In this document: piece by piece, positions 22,553-32,089 of the stretch
Layout: the number at the start of each line of letters is the position of its first letter
Numbering within the stretch: the first letter of the stretch is position 1
Virus record (IMG/VR): IMGVR_UViG_3300042910_000004
Length of the DNA: 42,328 bases
Source: a virus
Direction: 5' to 3' (one strand)
Notes under the pieces: generated by a model
Database searches by the model: none
The model's input: the letters and a program-made list of their open reading frames with translations, nothing else
What the model was told of the DNA's origin: nothing
Translations under genes and position numbers: made by a program

Positions 22553-23614
22553 TTATTTTCTTAAAAATTGAGTTTGAATTGTGTAAACCTCTGGCTCAGT
22601 TTCTATCTCTACTGGTTCTCCAGTAGCACTTTGAACATCTAAGGAAATAGAATAAATCCCTGCTTCTAACATTCCTGCTGCAGAACCCTTTTTAGTTAAG
22701 GAATGATAGAGAATTTTAATTTCAGGAGGTGGTTCTTTTTTAAGAAGTTTATATCCTCTATAAACACTTGCTATCCAGCTTTCGGTAAGAGCCCTCTGTC
22801 TAGGGTCTTTAATGTTATTCAAAGTAAGTTCAGGGAATATAAAATCTAAGATACCTTGTCTATAGAAAGTGTAAATATTATCAAAAGCCTTTGCGTGCAT
22901 ACCATCTAAAACATCTGCTCCATCTACATTAACTCCCATTTTTTGAAGTTCTTCAGCATATGATTGAGACCACTCAAGAAGATTTAAGGCTTCATCTATG
23001 TGGTTAATCTGCCAATTGGCAAAGAAAAACCAAGAGGGAATTTTGCTGTTAGGACTTGTCTCTATAACCTGTAATAGAGGGGACAATAGATGAAAATAGT
23101 GTTCGGGATTATCTCTAAAAAATCCCCTTTGAACAAGGCTATCAAATTTTTCCCGAACTTTTTGCATTGTCTCTATGGCTTCTTGTTGTGCTATTTCCTC
23201 TTTTGTAGGAGCAAATGAAGGAGTAGTAGCAGAAGTAGCCACTTCAGGCGAAACAGGAGGAGTAATTTTAATTTTTGAAAAATCAATTGGTTGGGTTTCG
23301 ATTTTCATTTTTTCCTCTTTTTCTTTTGCTCTTTTTTCGAAATAAGTAGCGGCACTTTCTATTGTTTGAGTATCTCCAGTAAATGCAGCAGCTGTTGCTT
23401 TGCCTAAAATTAATAAATCTTTCAGACTTTTTACATTTTCAGCAACCCATTCTTTGATACCAGCCCTATTAATATCTGAAAGTAACTGAAAACCAGCTCC
23501 TACAACCTCTGCTGGGACTTGTAAAAGACCACTTACAAAAGCACCAGGAATTTTTATAATTCCAGGAACTTTCTCTGGTTTTGAGGGAGTTGTTTGTTTT
23601 TCTTCTTGAGGCAT
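22553..23614 (-). CDS. Hypothetical virion-module protein (353 aa)
   Basis: ORF tightly packed in the late operon. Confidence 0.65.
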   Translation of the reverse strand: MPQEEKQTTPSKPEKVPGIIKIPGAFVSGLLQVPAEVVGAGFQLLSDINRAGIKEWVAENVKSLKDLLILGKATAAAFTGDTQTIESAATYFEKRAKEKEEKMKIETQPIDFSKIKITPPVSPEVATSATTPSFAPTKEEIAQQEAIETMQKVREKFDSLVQRGFFRDNPEHYFHLLSPLLQVIETSPNSKIPSWFFFANWQINHIDEALNLLEWSQSYAEELQKMGVNVDGADVLDGMHAKAFDNIYTFYRQGILDFIFPELTLNNIKDPRQRALTESWIASVYRGYKLLKKEPPPEIKILYHSLTKKGSAAGMLEAGIYSISLDVQSATGEPVEIETEPEVYTIQTQFLRK

Positions 23615-23618
23615 ATTT

Positions 23619-24620
23619 TTATTTAGCTATAGGTGTTGTTGACCCTGCGGCAGATAAGTCTGGTGAGGGGAAAATATCTGGTAATAAAGGATTTCTTCTT
23701 GAACTTGCTTGTACCCTGCTTTTTGTAAGACTTGGGTCTATCCAAGTATTTAACTGACCATTTTCATCTAAGACAATAAACATCGTTCCCTGGTCTCCAA
23801 CAATTGTTGAAACTTGACCTACTCTTGGCTTTTGTGAAAGAATTCCTAACAATTGTCTGTAAACAACATTAGCATCTGCTCCTAATAAATTAGATAGGTT
23901 TTGAGAAAAACTTCTCAAAAATGTTCTCTCTTCAGGTCTCAAGTCTGCCTCTGATTTAATCTTGCCTAATCTTGGAGCAAATACTTGTCTAGCAAATTCT
24001 ATTGAAGCAGAAGCTGCTTGAAGTCTTTGAACCATTGTAGCTGCTTGGAATTGTTGTTCTTGATAAGGGAACAATCTCATTTGTGCTACCGTATTTAAAA
24101 GATTTGCCATTGTATTAATATAAAGATTTCTTTCTTGAACAAAACTCTGATATAAAGCCGCCTTTGTTTGAATTAATGTCCTTGCAGTTTCTAAATCTCC
24201 AGTAGCAATGGCCTGGTCATAAGCAAGCTTAATTTCGGCATCTGTTTTTGTAATTATCTCCCATTGTTTCATCATTCTATCTAACATTTCCTGAGAAAAT
24301 CCTCCAACATTATGCATAGTAGCAATAAGTTGTTGGAAAAATGGTCTTTCTGCTTCAACCCTTTCTCTTGCTAATCTTACCGCTTCTTCCCTTCCTCTTT
24401 CTAGGGTTTCTCTTGCTCTTTCCGCATATCTTTGAACATCTTGCAAAATAGCAGTGGGGGTAATTTCCTGAGGAATTTGTTGTGGTGGTTGAATACCTAA
24501 AGCGCCAGCAAGTTGTTGTGCTGGTTGCATAAAACTTGAAACAATCCCAGAAGTTGTTGAAGGAATTGCATAAGGATTAATTTGCGCAGTTGTATTTTGT
24601 GGATTAGTTTGTTGGGGCAT
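23619..24620 (-). CDS. Hypothetical virion-module protein (333 aa, Q/P-rich N-terminus)
   Basis: ORF tightly packed in the late operon. Confidence 0.65.
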   Translation of the reverse strand: MPQQTNPQNTTAQINPYAIPSTTSGIVSSFMQPAQQLAGALGIQPPQQIPQEITPTAILQDVQRYAERARETLERGREEAVRLARERVEAERPFFQQLIATMHNVGGFSQEMLDRMMKQWEIITKTDAEIKLAYDQAIATGDLETARTLIQTKAALYQSFVQERNLYINTMANLLNTVAQMRLFPYQEQQFQAATMVQRLQAASASIEFARQVFAPRLGKIKSEADLRPEERTFLRSFSQNLSNLLGADANVVYRQLLGILSQKPRVGQVSTIVGDQGTMFIVLDENGQLNTWIDPSLTKSRVQASSRRNPLLPDIFPSPDLSAAGSTTPIAK

Positions 24621-24621
24621 A

Positions 24622-25794
24622 TTATCTTGTCAAAGGAGGCTTAACCCGACCAAATCTCGTAAATATTCTTTTAGGGGGATAAAAGTTTCTGGCCTTCATA
24701 TAATAAGACTGATAAAGAGAATTGATATAGGACTTATCCACGACACTTGCCCCTCTATAATGCTGTATTGCTAAAAGTGCTATTAAAGAAAGCGTAAGTT
24801 CATTCTGAATGATAAGAACATCGTCTGTATTTGTTGTGACTAAACTTTTTAGATTACCTGAATTATCTCTAACTACTAAGTTCGTATAGTATTTTACAAC
24901 TATGGGGTCATAGACTACCACCTTTATATCATCTAAGAACCAATTATTTGAACTTGTAAATGCCGATGTGTAATCTATATCAAGCTGTATATAGCTTATA
25001 TTCTCTGAATTAGGATTTCCAACTATTATAGCATCTTTCCAATTAAATTTTAAGAAATTCCAGCCAACTACAAAAGGAGAACCATCTGCTTGAGTAGTAA
25101 CGGTTGTTTTGTAATAATTGGCAGCATCAGTAGCCCAATTTAACGAAATGGAAGTTAAGTTAGTAGTTTGACGAATATAAAGCCATAGGGTAAAAGAGCC
25201 TTTGTTTTCGTATGTTTTTAAGTTCAATGAAGGTGTAAATGTTCTTCTTACGCTTGCTCTATTTAAAGCAGAAGCACCAACATCAATATCGAACTTGATT
25301 GATTTATCCCCTTCTTTCTTGAAAGCGGAGCTTGTCCCTAAATTAACAGCATCATTCAAAACACTAAATCCATCTGTATTTTCACATTTCTCAATTGACA
25401 AAGGTGGATAAACATTTTTAGTTAAGATGTAAATTTTGTTTCCTTCTAAAGAATACAAGACAGCATCTGCGGGTTTCTTGCCAAGCTTTATTAAGGTTTC
25501 GGGTGTTTCAAAAAGCCAATCTCTTCTATTATTTTCAGAAATGTATGGTTCTGATGAGTTATCGTAAGACAAACTAATCAAATAAACAAAGTCTGAAGGT
25601 AAAGAATAAACTAGTTGGTCTTCTGAGAATTCTAGGGTTATGGTTTTTGTTGAATTCTCAAAATCAAATTCTCCTATTAGAAAAGAGAGAGCACTATTAA
25701 TAGCAGAAATCTTTTGGTTTTGTTCTAGCGTTGTATCAGTTCCAGAATAACCTAAAAAATCATTGATTTTATTTAAGATTTTATCAACTGTCAT
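24622..25794 (-). CDS. Hypothetical tail-module protein (390 aa) with a jelly-roll/CBM-like middle region
   Basis: ATGA overlap with the upstream gene; beta-rich central segment. Confidence 0.6.
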   Translation of the reverse strand: MTVDKILNKINDFLGYSGTDTTLEQNQKISAINSALSFLIGEFDFENSTKTITLEFSEDQLVYSLPSDFVYLISLSYDNSSEPYISENNRRDWLFETPETLIKLGKKPADAVLYSLEGNKIYILTKNVYPPLSIEKCENTDGFSVLNDAVNLGTSSAFKKEGDKSIKFDIDVGASALNRASVRRTFTPSLNLKTYENKGSFTLWLYIRQTTNLTSISLNWATDAANYYKTTVTTQADGSPFVVGWNFLKFNWKDAIIVGNPNSENISYIQLDIDYTSAFTSSNNWFLDDIKVVVYDPIVVKYYTNLVVRDNSGNLKSLVTTNTDDVLIIQNELTLSLIALLAIQHYRGASVVDKSYINSLYQSYYMKARNFYPPKRIFTRFGRVKPPLTR

Positions 25795-27299
25795 ATTTCG
25801 TCATCATAGGTAATAATGACCTTTTTGAAAAGAAATGGTTCTTGATTAGAGGAACCTCTATAAGAAAATTTGAGTTTAAACTTTGAAGCTACTAAACCTA
25901 TATTTTCTATCCTTTGATACCCACTTTGCGTTATTGAAGGAAGGTCCAATGTGCCTCTTTCTCTTGTTTTTTCTCTCATAAATTCTATTGAAGCAGTTAT
26001 AGTTCTCCCCGCTAAATTTTCCGTAAAAACCTCTATTGAATGTATTTTAACATAGTTTGAGTTATTTAAATTAAGCCAATTAGTTTCAACATAAAAATCT
26101 TCATTTAAAGTTCCAGTTCGAAAACTATATAAATAGTTGCTCACGTCTAATATATCCATCATAATTCTGGTTCCAGCATCATTCAAATAGAAAATTAGCA
26201 ATTGGTCTTTTAGTGCAAAAGCATAATAAGCAGAAACATCATTAGTATTGGTTGTGTTTCTTTTAGGGTCAATTTCAACAATTAAATCGTCTTCTGGATA
26301 CCATAAAATTACGCCTTTAGCATTTGAACTGACGGAAGAATAAAATGTAGGAATAACAATGAAATTTTGACCCGCACTTATAGAAGAAAGAGGATGATTC
26401 TCAACGCCGATCAAATCTCTAGTAACTCTTAGATTTTGAATTCTTCTAACAAATTTTAGTCCCGATGGAGAAAAGGCATATATGTCGGTATTTTGTATAT
26501 CGTCAAAAAACAAGTATGTTATTCCGTTATAAAGGACATTCCCTCTTAACTCCTTATTAAATTGCAACCTATGAAAATAAATATTTAGCCAATTTCCATC
26601 CCATAGATAAATTCTTCTTGGTGGCTCAAATGAATTTTTGTTTATCACAACTATTCCTAAATAAGAATCATTGAGGTTGATTAAAGCATAAACACCTTCA
26701 GTAACTGCCAAATTCAAAGTTCCAACCGTGCTTGAAAAATCTGGTGCTAAAACTTGTATTCTATTGTCGTTAGGAGAAGCAATATACCAATAATTTTTCC
26801 AAAACATAAAAACACGAGGATTGTTAATGATAATTGTTCCCGCAGGAGTAAAATTTAGAAGACCGCTTAAATTATCTTCGTTTTTCCAAAAAATTTGATT
26901 TTGTGTTCTTGAAAAACCAGCAATCCTGTTATTACCAGCATCAAGCATATGATAATTACTACCAGAATCACCAAAACTACCTATGCTTCCCAAAAAACTA
27001 TTATCAGTTATGCCCAAAACTTTTGCAGTATTGGTTTCTACATACAAGCGATAAGGATCGTATTTAGAATAAGCAAAACGAACTATTTTGTTACCACTAA
27101 CAGATGTAGATGCTATTTCAGTAGACGAATACTTAGCATTTGCTAAAGAAACATAGCCACCCTCAAAATTCCTATTGGAACCAATCATAGGAACACCCCT
27201 CAAATGCCTATACAAATTTTGATTACCAGAAAGAACAATTTCATAATCCCACCCAGTTCTTTCTACAAAATTAGTTAAAGTTAAAGTTTTTAACGCCAT
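25791..27299 (-). CDS. Hypothetical tail-module protein (502 aa)
   Basis: Long beta-rich ORF in the late operon. Confidence 0.65.
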   Translation of the reverse strand: MALKTLTLTNFVERTGWDYEIVLSGNQNLYRHLRGVPMIGSNRNFEGGYVSLANAKYSSTEIASTSVSGNKIVRFAYSKYDPYRLYVETNTAKVLGITDNSFLGSIGSFGDSGSNYHMLDAGNNRIAGFSRTQNQIFWKNEDNLSGLLNFTPAGTIIINNPRVFMFWKNYWYIASPNDNRIQVLAPDFSSTVGTLNLAVTEGVYALINLNDSYLGIVVINKNSFEPPRRIYLWDGNWLNIYFHRLQFNKELRGNVLYNGITYLFFDDIQNTDIYAFSPSGLKFVRRIQNLRVTRDLIGVENHPLSSISAGQNFIVIPTFYSSVSSNAKGVILWYPEDDLIVEIDPKRNTTNTNDVSAYYAFALKDQLLIFYLNDAGTRIMMDILDVSNYLYSFRTGTLNEDFYVETNWLNLNNSNYVKIHSIEVFTENLAGRTITASIEFMREKTRERGTLDLPSITQSGYQRIENIGLVASKFKLKFSYRGSSNQEPFLFKKVIITYDDEI

Positions 27300-27300
27300 T

Positions 27301-27531
27301 TCAGAAAATGATTAAGGCAGTGATAGTTGAATTATCGCTTGTGCTTGTAGAACGAAAGGTTATTTTTCCGTCTTCTAGGGTATAATAAAGGATTCCTGCT
27401 GTTCCCGAAATGCTTCTGTGGGTCAATAATGCTCTTGAGGTAAGCTTTATTCTGTCGTCATTATAAACAAACACTCCTCCTGAAAGGACAAAATCTGACA
27501 CCATCATTATCGGGCTGATTATCTTCTCCAT
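27301..27531 (-). CDS. Beta-rich small protein, possibly the 3' part of a frameshifted gene
   Basis: ATG at 27531. Shares the h-h-Y-x-(E/D)-D repeat pattern with the upstream overlapping ORF. Confidence 0.45.
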   Translation of the reverse strand: MEKIISPIMMVSDFVLSGGVFVYNDDRIKLTSRALLTHRSISGTAGILYYTLEDGKITFRSTSTSDNSTITALIIF

Positions 27532-27661
27532 AGAAAGCAAATATTAACTTGTTAGTTCCAACATCAAAAGACTTAAAAAAATATATGGATTTTCCTAACG
27601 GAATTACAACATTTTCGTCAGTTTGTCTGCTGTGAATTGGTATCTCCGGTAGATTTATCAT
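27461..27661 (-). CDS. Small protein, possibly the 5' part of a frameshifted gene
   Basis: ATG at 27661. Overlaps both neighbours; each is offset by +1. Confidence 0.4.
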   Translation of the reverse strand: MINLPEIPIHSRQTDENVVIPLGKSIYFFKSFDVGTNKLIFAFYGEDNQPDNDGVRFCPFRRSVCL

Positions 27662-27848
27662 TTTTTCTTTCAACAATATAAATTTCGGGAAAAATCCCTA
27701 AATCTGTAACCCTCAATTTAACAGCAAAATCCAGGTTGTATTTTTCTACTAATTGCCTGTATTCTTGGATAAATTTATCCCTTCTTTCCTGAAGTTCTTT
27801 CTTTCTGCCAAATATTTTTTTAGCCATCTCTTTTATTTTACTTAACAT
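27618..27848 (-). CDS. Hypothetical protein (76 aa)
   Basis: ORF after a structured roughly 110-nt leader. Confidence 0.55.
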   Translation of the reverse strand: MLSKIKEMAKKIFGRKKELQERRDKFIQEYRQLVEKYNLDFAVKLRVTDLGIFPEIYIVERKNDKSTGDTNSQQTN

Positions 27849-27869
27849 CCCTTTATTTTGACCTGTAAG

Positions 27870-27921
27870 GCACTATTTTGGCTTACCAAGTATTCAGATA
27901 CTTGCCAAACAAAAATAGTGC
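27870..27921. other. Nested hairpin element E3 (outer 10-bp stem, inner CAAGTAT-tcag-ATACTTG)
   Basis: gcactatttt at 27870-27879 pairs with aaaatagtgc at 27912-27921. The inner hairpin matches the core at 41787-41806. Confidence 0.75.
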
Positions 27922-27999
27922 GAATGGCGAGATTCTAGAGGCAATTTTTTAATTGCGACCTTTAAATTGTTTTAAAAACCCCTTTAAAAACTATGAAAA

Positions 28000-28260
28000 T
28001 TATACCTGTTTTCCGTTAATTTTTGCCTCCAATCTACTAACCCTCTCTGACAACTCCATTACAATATCCTCTAGCCTTTCTATCCTACTTTCTAAGGATT
28101 TTAAATGATTATTTTCCAATTCATCTATCTTCTTGATTAAACCCCCTCCATTCTTATTTTTTACGATTTCCGATATTTTTGACAAGACGAAATATAGCGA
28201 AATTAACACAGCAGTTGCTCCTCCATATTGAATTGATAATTTGATAAGTTCCTGCTCCAT
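28000..28260 (-). CDS. Single-TM, coiled-coil small protein (86 aa)
   Basis: Start moved to the ATG at 28260, forming an ATGA overlap with the fibre gene stop. GGATAVLISLYFVLSKI TM stretch, then heptad-like LESRIERLEDIVMELSERVSRLEAKI. Confidence 0.55.
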   Translation of the reverse strand: MEQELIKLSIQYGGATAVLISLYFVLSKISEIVKNKNGGGLIKKIDELENNHLKSLESRIERLEDIVMELSERVSRLEAKINGKQV

Positions 28261-30392
28261 CAGTATGTTGAAAGTAATAATCTGCGACGAGCGCTTGTTA
28301 ACAAAGTTTCTTCTGCCCCAACGCTTGTTGTTGGTTCTGGAGAAGTGTATTTGCGAACTCTTATCCAATCCCAGTATGCTTCATAAGATTGTGCTGTGTA
28401 GTATCCGTCATATCTTCTTCCTAGAGCAATTGGTTCATTAGAAACCGTATTTGCTATATTTGAAACACTTTGATAACTTGCTCCAGTATTATAATTTGTG
28501 ACAGATAAGTCAACTTGAGTAGATGATTTTACAGTAATTTTTGTTAAAAGGTTTGTTGCTGACGGCGATGTTGGTCCTAATTGAACCCAAGTGGCATCAT
28601 TTCTATAATAGTCTGTACTTGGGTGGTTAAGGAAACCAAAACCATCACTTGTTGAAATAAAGAAGCCACCTATTTGATAACCATTAGGAGGTAAAGATAT
28701 GTAGCGAGATTTAATTTCTAAAATAATACCAGGATTAAAAGTTGGGATTGAAGTTAATCGCCCTGTTGTATTAGTGCCTTTTAATTCTCCACTAACAATG
28801 CTCCATCCAGTTGTATCTGTTATAATCCATTTACTTGTATCTACTGAAGTTCCTAAGAAATCATCAAAGAAATCAAAAGTAGCATCTCCATTACTTAAAC
28901 TTGTTGCACTTGGATTTCCATAATAAACATAAATTGTTTTTGATGAGTTTGCTGGAATTGAAGGAACTTTTACCCATATTTTTGTTGAAGCAGTGTTGCA
29001 ACCAGATTCTATCCAATAATTTAGTAAAGTTGAACCATCTGAATCTGTAAACCTTATATCTCCACAATCAGTTTTCATTTTTCCAGCAGAAATTAAGCTT
29101 TGAGTATCTAGGGTTACCAAAACTTGATAATCTGTCAAAGAATTTGAATTACTTGAATTATTTATCGTAATTGGTCTTCTATATTGCCAGCCAATAAGCC
29201 AAGCCATTATACTTGATTCTTGATTTGTATAACTAACAAGAGCCTTTGACGACCCAACATACTTAATAATAATTTCCATTGTTTTATTAGCAGTTGTAGA
29301 AGTTGGTAATGAACTTCCAATTCCAACATAATGACTCCCCCAAGATATTGACCTTGCTGTGCCATTGTCAGTTATATAAATCACAAAAGTATCTCCAACA
29401 GAAGGAGAAGTTGCGTTGTAGATTGTAATGTCGTTTGCTAAAGCAGTCACATAATACTCATCATATTGAGACTTGTCAGGAGTGATTGATGAAGGAGAAG
29501 TTTGAATTGATTGGCGAGGATAAATTCTTTTGTTTGAAAGGGATTGGGGAGTATCAACCCCCACTAATGTTGTAGAAGCATCGGGAAAAGTAAAGATTCT
29601 TGAAGCAGTTAAACCAGAGGCAGATAAAACCAAATTCCCAATAGTTAAAGTAGAAGTATTAAAGGTCCCACTTCCTCCAACAAACAAATTACCATAAATA
29701 GTTAAAACTCCAGAAAAAGTATAAAAATTATCGGTAACTACCCCACCAGTTGTATATAATTTTCCATCGTTTTCTATAAATAGAAGATTATAAGTATTTG
29801 AAGTATCTCTAACCCTAAAAACAATCCCTGATGTTGCCTTATAAAGAGTTAGCTCAGCAAATTGAGGCGTTGCTCCAGTATGAATATCTTGAGGAGTTGA
29901 TAAAGTTATAGTTGAGTCAGTAGTAGAAACATTTATTTGATTAGTAGTTCCTTGTAAGGTTATAGCACCAGTAGCAGTATTTAACGAAAGAACTCCCGTG
30001 TTAGTAATAGTGACATTGGTGGTTCCAGTTATAGATATACCACTCCCAGCAGTTAATAAAGAGGCAATTGGCGTAAATTGTAAAGCATTTTCCGAAGAAT
30101 TAACCTGAACTAATTTCAATCCGTGGGTAGCATAAGAAGATGGAGTATCCGTAAGGTCTAAAAATGTTGTTGCTCCTCCTCCACCTGAAGCCCATTCTAG
30201 TCCAGTTCCATCAGAATTAACTCTTAAATATTGCCCTGGCAAACCACCATTATTAGAATTCATAAGCACAACATTGTTAGCATTCCCAGCAGAACGAGAA
30301 TTGAGATTTTGAATAAAAGCAATTTCTTGAGAAGTCAAAACAGAACTTGCTAAATAGTTGGGTGGAATTTGTCCTATGTTTCCAAAAGCCAT
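28260..30392 (-). CDS. Tail fibre / receptor-binding protein with C-terminal DUF2341-like and LamG-like domains
   Basis: 710 aa, T/S/G/N-rich beta N-terminal half; WQYRRPITINNSSNSNSLTDYQVLVTL...IWVKVPSIPANSSKTIYVYYGN is DUF2341-like. Confidence 0.65.
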   Translation of the reverse strand: MAFGNIGQIPPNYLASSVLTSQEIAFIQNLNSRSAGNANNVVLMNSNNGGLPGQYLRVNSDGTGLEWASGGGGATTFLDLTDTPSSYATHGLKLVQVNSSENALQFTPIASLLTAGSGISITGTTNVTITNTGVLSLNTATGAITLQGTTNQINVSTTDSTITLSTPQDIHTGATPQFAELTLYKATSGIVFRVRDTSNTYNLLFIENDGKLYTTGGVVTDNFYTFSGVLTIYGNLFVGGSGTFNTSTLTIGNLVLSASGLTASRIFTFPDASTTLVGVDTPQSLSNKRIYPRQSIQTSPSSITPDKSQYDEYYVTALANDITIYNATSPSVGDTFVIYITDNGTARSISWGSHYVGIGSSLPTSTTANKTMEIIIKYVGSSKALVSYTNQESSIMAWLIGWQYRRPITINNSSNSNSLTDYQVLVTLDTQSLISAGKMKTDCGDIRFTDSDGSTLLNYWIESGCNTASTKIWVKVPSIPANSSKTIYVYYGNPSATSLSNGDATFDFFDDFLGTSVDTSKWIITDTTGWSIVSGELKGTNTTGRLTSIPTFNPGIILEIKSRYISLPPNGYQIGGFFISTSDGFGFLNHPSTDYYRNDATWVQLGPTSPSATNLLTKITVKSSTQVDLSVTNYNTGASYQSVSNIANTVSNEPIALGRRYDGYYTAQSYEAYWDWIRVRKYTSPEPTTSVGAEETLLTSARRRLLLSTY

Positions 30393-31099
30393 TTTTTATC
30401 AATAGGAATTTGGGTTGCCTTAAAAACTTTAATGTATTCTTGGTTAAGGCGACTAGCAATAACCCTTAAATCATTTTCTAAAATTTTCAATTCCTTCTCT
30501 TTTTCCGACAACAAAGTGGAGAATTTATGAAGTTCTTCCTTTTGCTTTTGTATAAAAGCAAGTTCTGTTTTGGCTTTTTCTAGTTCTTTTGCGATAATTT
30601 CTTTTTCCTTTTTCAGATTATAGACCTCTACTTTTAATCTTCCCAATTTTTCCTCTTCTTTTGAAATATCTGAAACAACTCTGTTTAAAACCCCTTTCTT
30701 TTCCCTTAAAACTTCCAACTCTTTTAAAAGTTTTTCTTTTTCTCGTTTTAAAAACTCTATCTCAGATTTTAGAAAATCAACTTCTTTTAAAACTCCTTCC
30801 CTTTCTTGTTTTAAGGCTTTTAATTCTTGCCTCAGTCGAGAAAGAAAAAGTGTGTTATTTGAAATTTGCTCTGAGATTTTCTGGAGCTGGCCTTCTAATT
30901 CTCGCTTTCTCTTCTCTAATGTTTCTATTTCTGCTTTTAAATCTTTCGTTTTTAATTCCTTTAGTTCATCAAATTCCTTCTTTTTGGTTTCTATCTTCTG
31001 TTCTAAATTTCTCAATTCTTTGCTCTTTTGTTCTATTTGAGAAACTATAGAAGCAAGGTCATTCTGAAGAGAAATTAAATCTTTTTCTAAAACTTCCAT
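30374..31099 (-). CDS. Coiled-coil protein (241 aa)
   Basis: K/E/L-rich heptad sequence throughout. Confidence 0.65.
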   Translation of the reverse strand: MEVLEKDLISLQNDLASIVSQIEQKSKELRNLEQKIETKKKEFDELKELKTKDLKAEIETLEKRKRELEGQLQKISEQISNNTLFLSRLRQELKALKQEREGVLKEVDFLKSEIEFLKREKEKLLKELEVLREKKGVLNRVVSDISKEEEKLGRLKVEVYNLKKEKEIIAKELEKAKTELAFIQKQKEELHKFSTLLSEKEKELKILENDLRVIASRLNQEYIKVFKATQIPIDKKWLLET

Positions 31100-31350
31100 T
31101 AGTAAATAACCACATAATCAAAGGTAGCATTAGTAGCAAGAGCAGTAGCAATGTTTATAGTAAAAGAAGATGAAGTTTTATTTGAAACCCACCATAAAGC
31201 AGAAAGAGAAGTGGTTGGGGTAACAATTACGGAATAAGAAGAAATACTAGTTGGTAAATTCACAACAACAGAAGTAAAACCAGCATTAATAGTTGCTGAA
31301 CCTCTTATCAAATTGAAACCTGCTACAGATGTTGGATTATTGTAAGCCAT
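31099..31350 (-). CDS. Small beta-rich structural protein (83 aa)
   Basis: ORF with ATG/TAA overlaps on both sides. Confidence 0.6.
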   Translation of the reverse strand: MAYNNPTSVAGFNLIRGSATINAGFTSVVVNLPTSISSYSVIVTPTTSLSALWWVSNKTSSSFTINIATALATNATFDYVVIY

Positions 31351-31814
31351 TAGTTTGTTCTTAAGGCTAAATGAAATTCAGTTATTGAGCTTCCAGTGTT
31401 AGTCCCGCTAACACTGGCTACCTCTATTCTAATACCATCGCAAGGAGGAATAGGAAACTCATATTGATATCTACCGTTAGGAATATCTGTATTATTCAAA
31501 ACTAAAGTCATTGGCTTTAATACTTGTTGCCCTCCTTGAAATGTTGAAGCAGTTTGTTGATATGCTTGATTAAGCCTGTAAAAACTAATTCTTAAAACTA
31601 TCTGGGTTAAAGAGCCATAAGTAAGATTAAACCCCAAGGTTCCTTGACTATTGCTTCTTAAAGCGTCAAGATAAGCCAATCTGACATTCTCATCAAAAGC
31701 AGGAGAAGAAGAAGATGGAGATAAATCTAATAAAACTGCGTTAGAACTTACAGGAGATAAATTGTTCCCTCTTATGATTGTTTGTGAAGATGGGTAAGTT
31801 ATAGTAGTTGTCAT
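31350..31814 (-). CDS. Hypothetical structural protein (154 aa)
   Basis: ORF with overlapping start/stop codons in the late operon. Confidence 0.6.
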   Translation of the reverse strand: MTTTITYPSSQTIIRGNNLSPVSSNAVLLDLSPSSSSPAFDENVRLAYLDALRSNSQGTLGFNLTYGSLTQIVLRISFYRLNQAYQQTASTFQGGQQVLKPMTLVLNNTDIPNGRYQYEFPIPPCDGIRIEVASVSGTNTGSSITEFHLALRTN

Positions 31815-32056
31815 TATTCAGAAACCTCCTCAGAAACGACCTCTTGTTTTTTGGAAGGCCTTCCCCTCTTAGGTTTTTCCTCAGAATGTTCTTCTTCCTC
31901 TTCCTCTTCTTCCAAAACTAATTGAACTTTGCCAGGATAAGAAACCAGAACCCTTGAAAGTTGTGGTTCTTCTAAATCAACAACTTCTCCAGGTTCAATT
32001 ATAATGCCAAAGTATGGTTCTATAATTCTTTCTCCTGAAATATTTTTAACTTTCAT
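31814..32056 (-). CDS. Small protein with a poly-Glu tract and a KPKRGRPSKK AT-hook-like motif (80 aa)
   Basis: Start moved to the ATG 22 nt after the AAGGTCG cassette (cgacc 32077-32081). Confidence 0.55.
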   Translation of the reverse strand: MKVKNISGERIIEPYFGIIIEPGEVVDLEEPQLSRVLVSYPGKVQLVLEEEEEEEEHSEEKPKRGRPSKKQEVVSEEVSE

Positions 32057-32089
32057 TTTTTGATAAATGATAAACACGACCTTATTTTA

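Noticed and set aside
28260-30392. Diversity-generating retroelement targeting the fibre gene
   Set aside because: I could see no reverse transcriptase gene and no template-repeat copy of the fibre 3' end anywhere in the window.
30661-31050. Plus-strand ORFs 30661-31050 and 30852-31040
   Set aside because: They are antisense to a K/E/L-rich coiled-coil gene. Antisense of GAA/AAA-rich DNA gives long F/L/S ORFs by chance.
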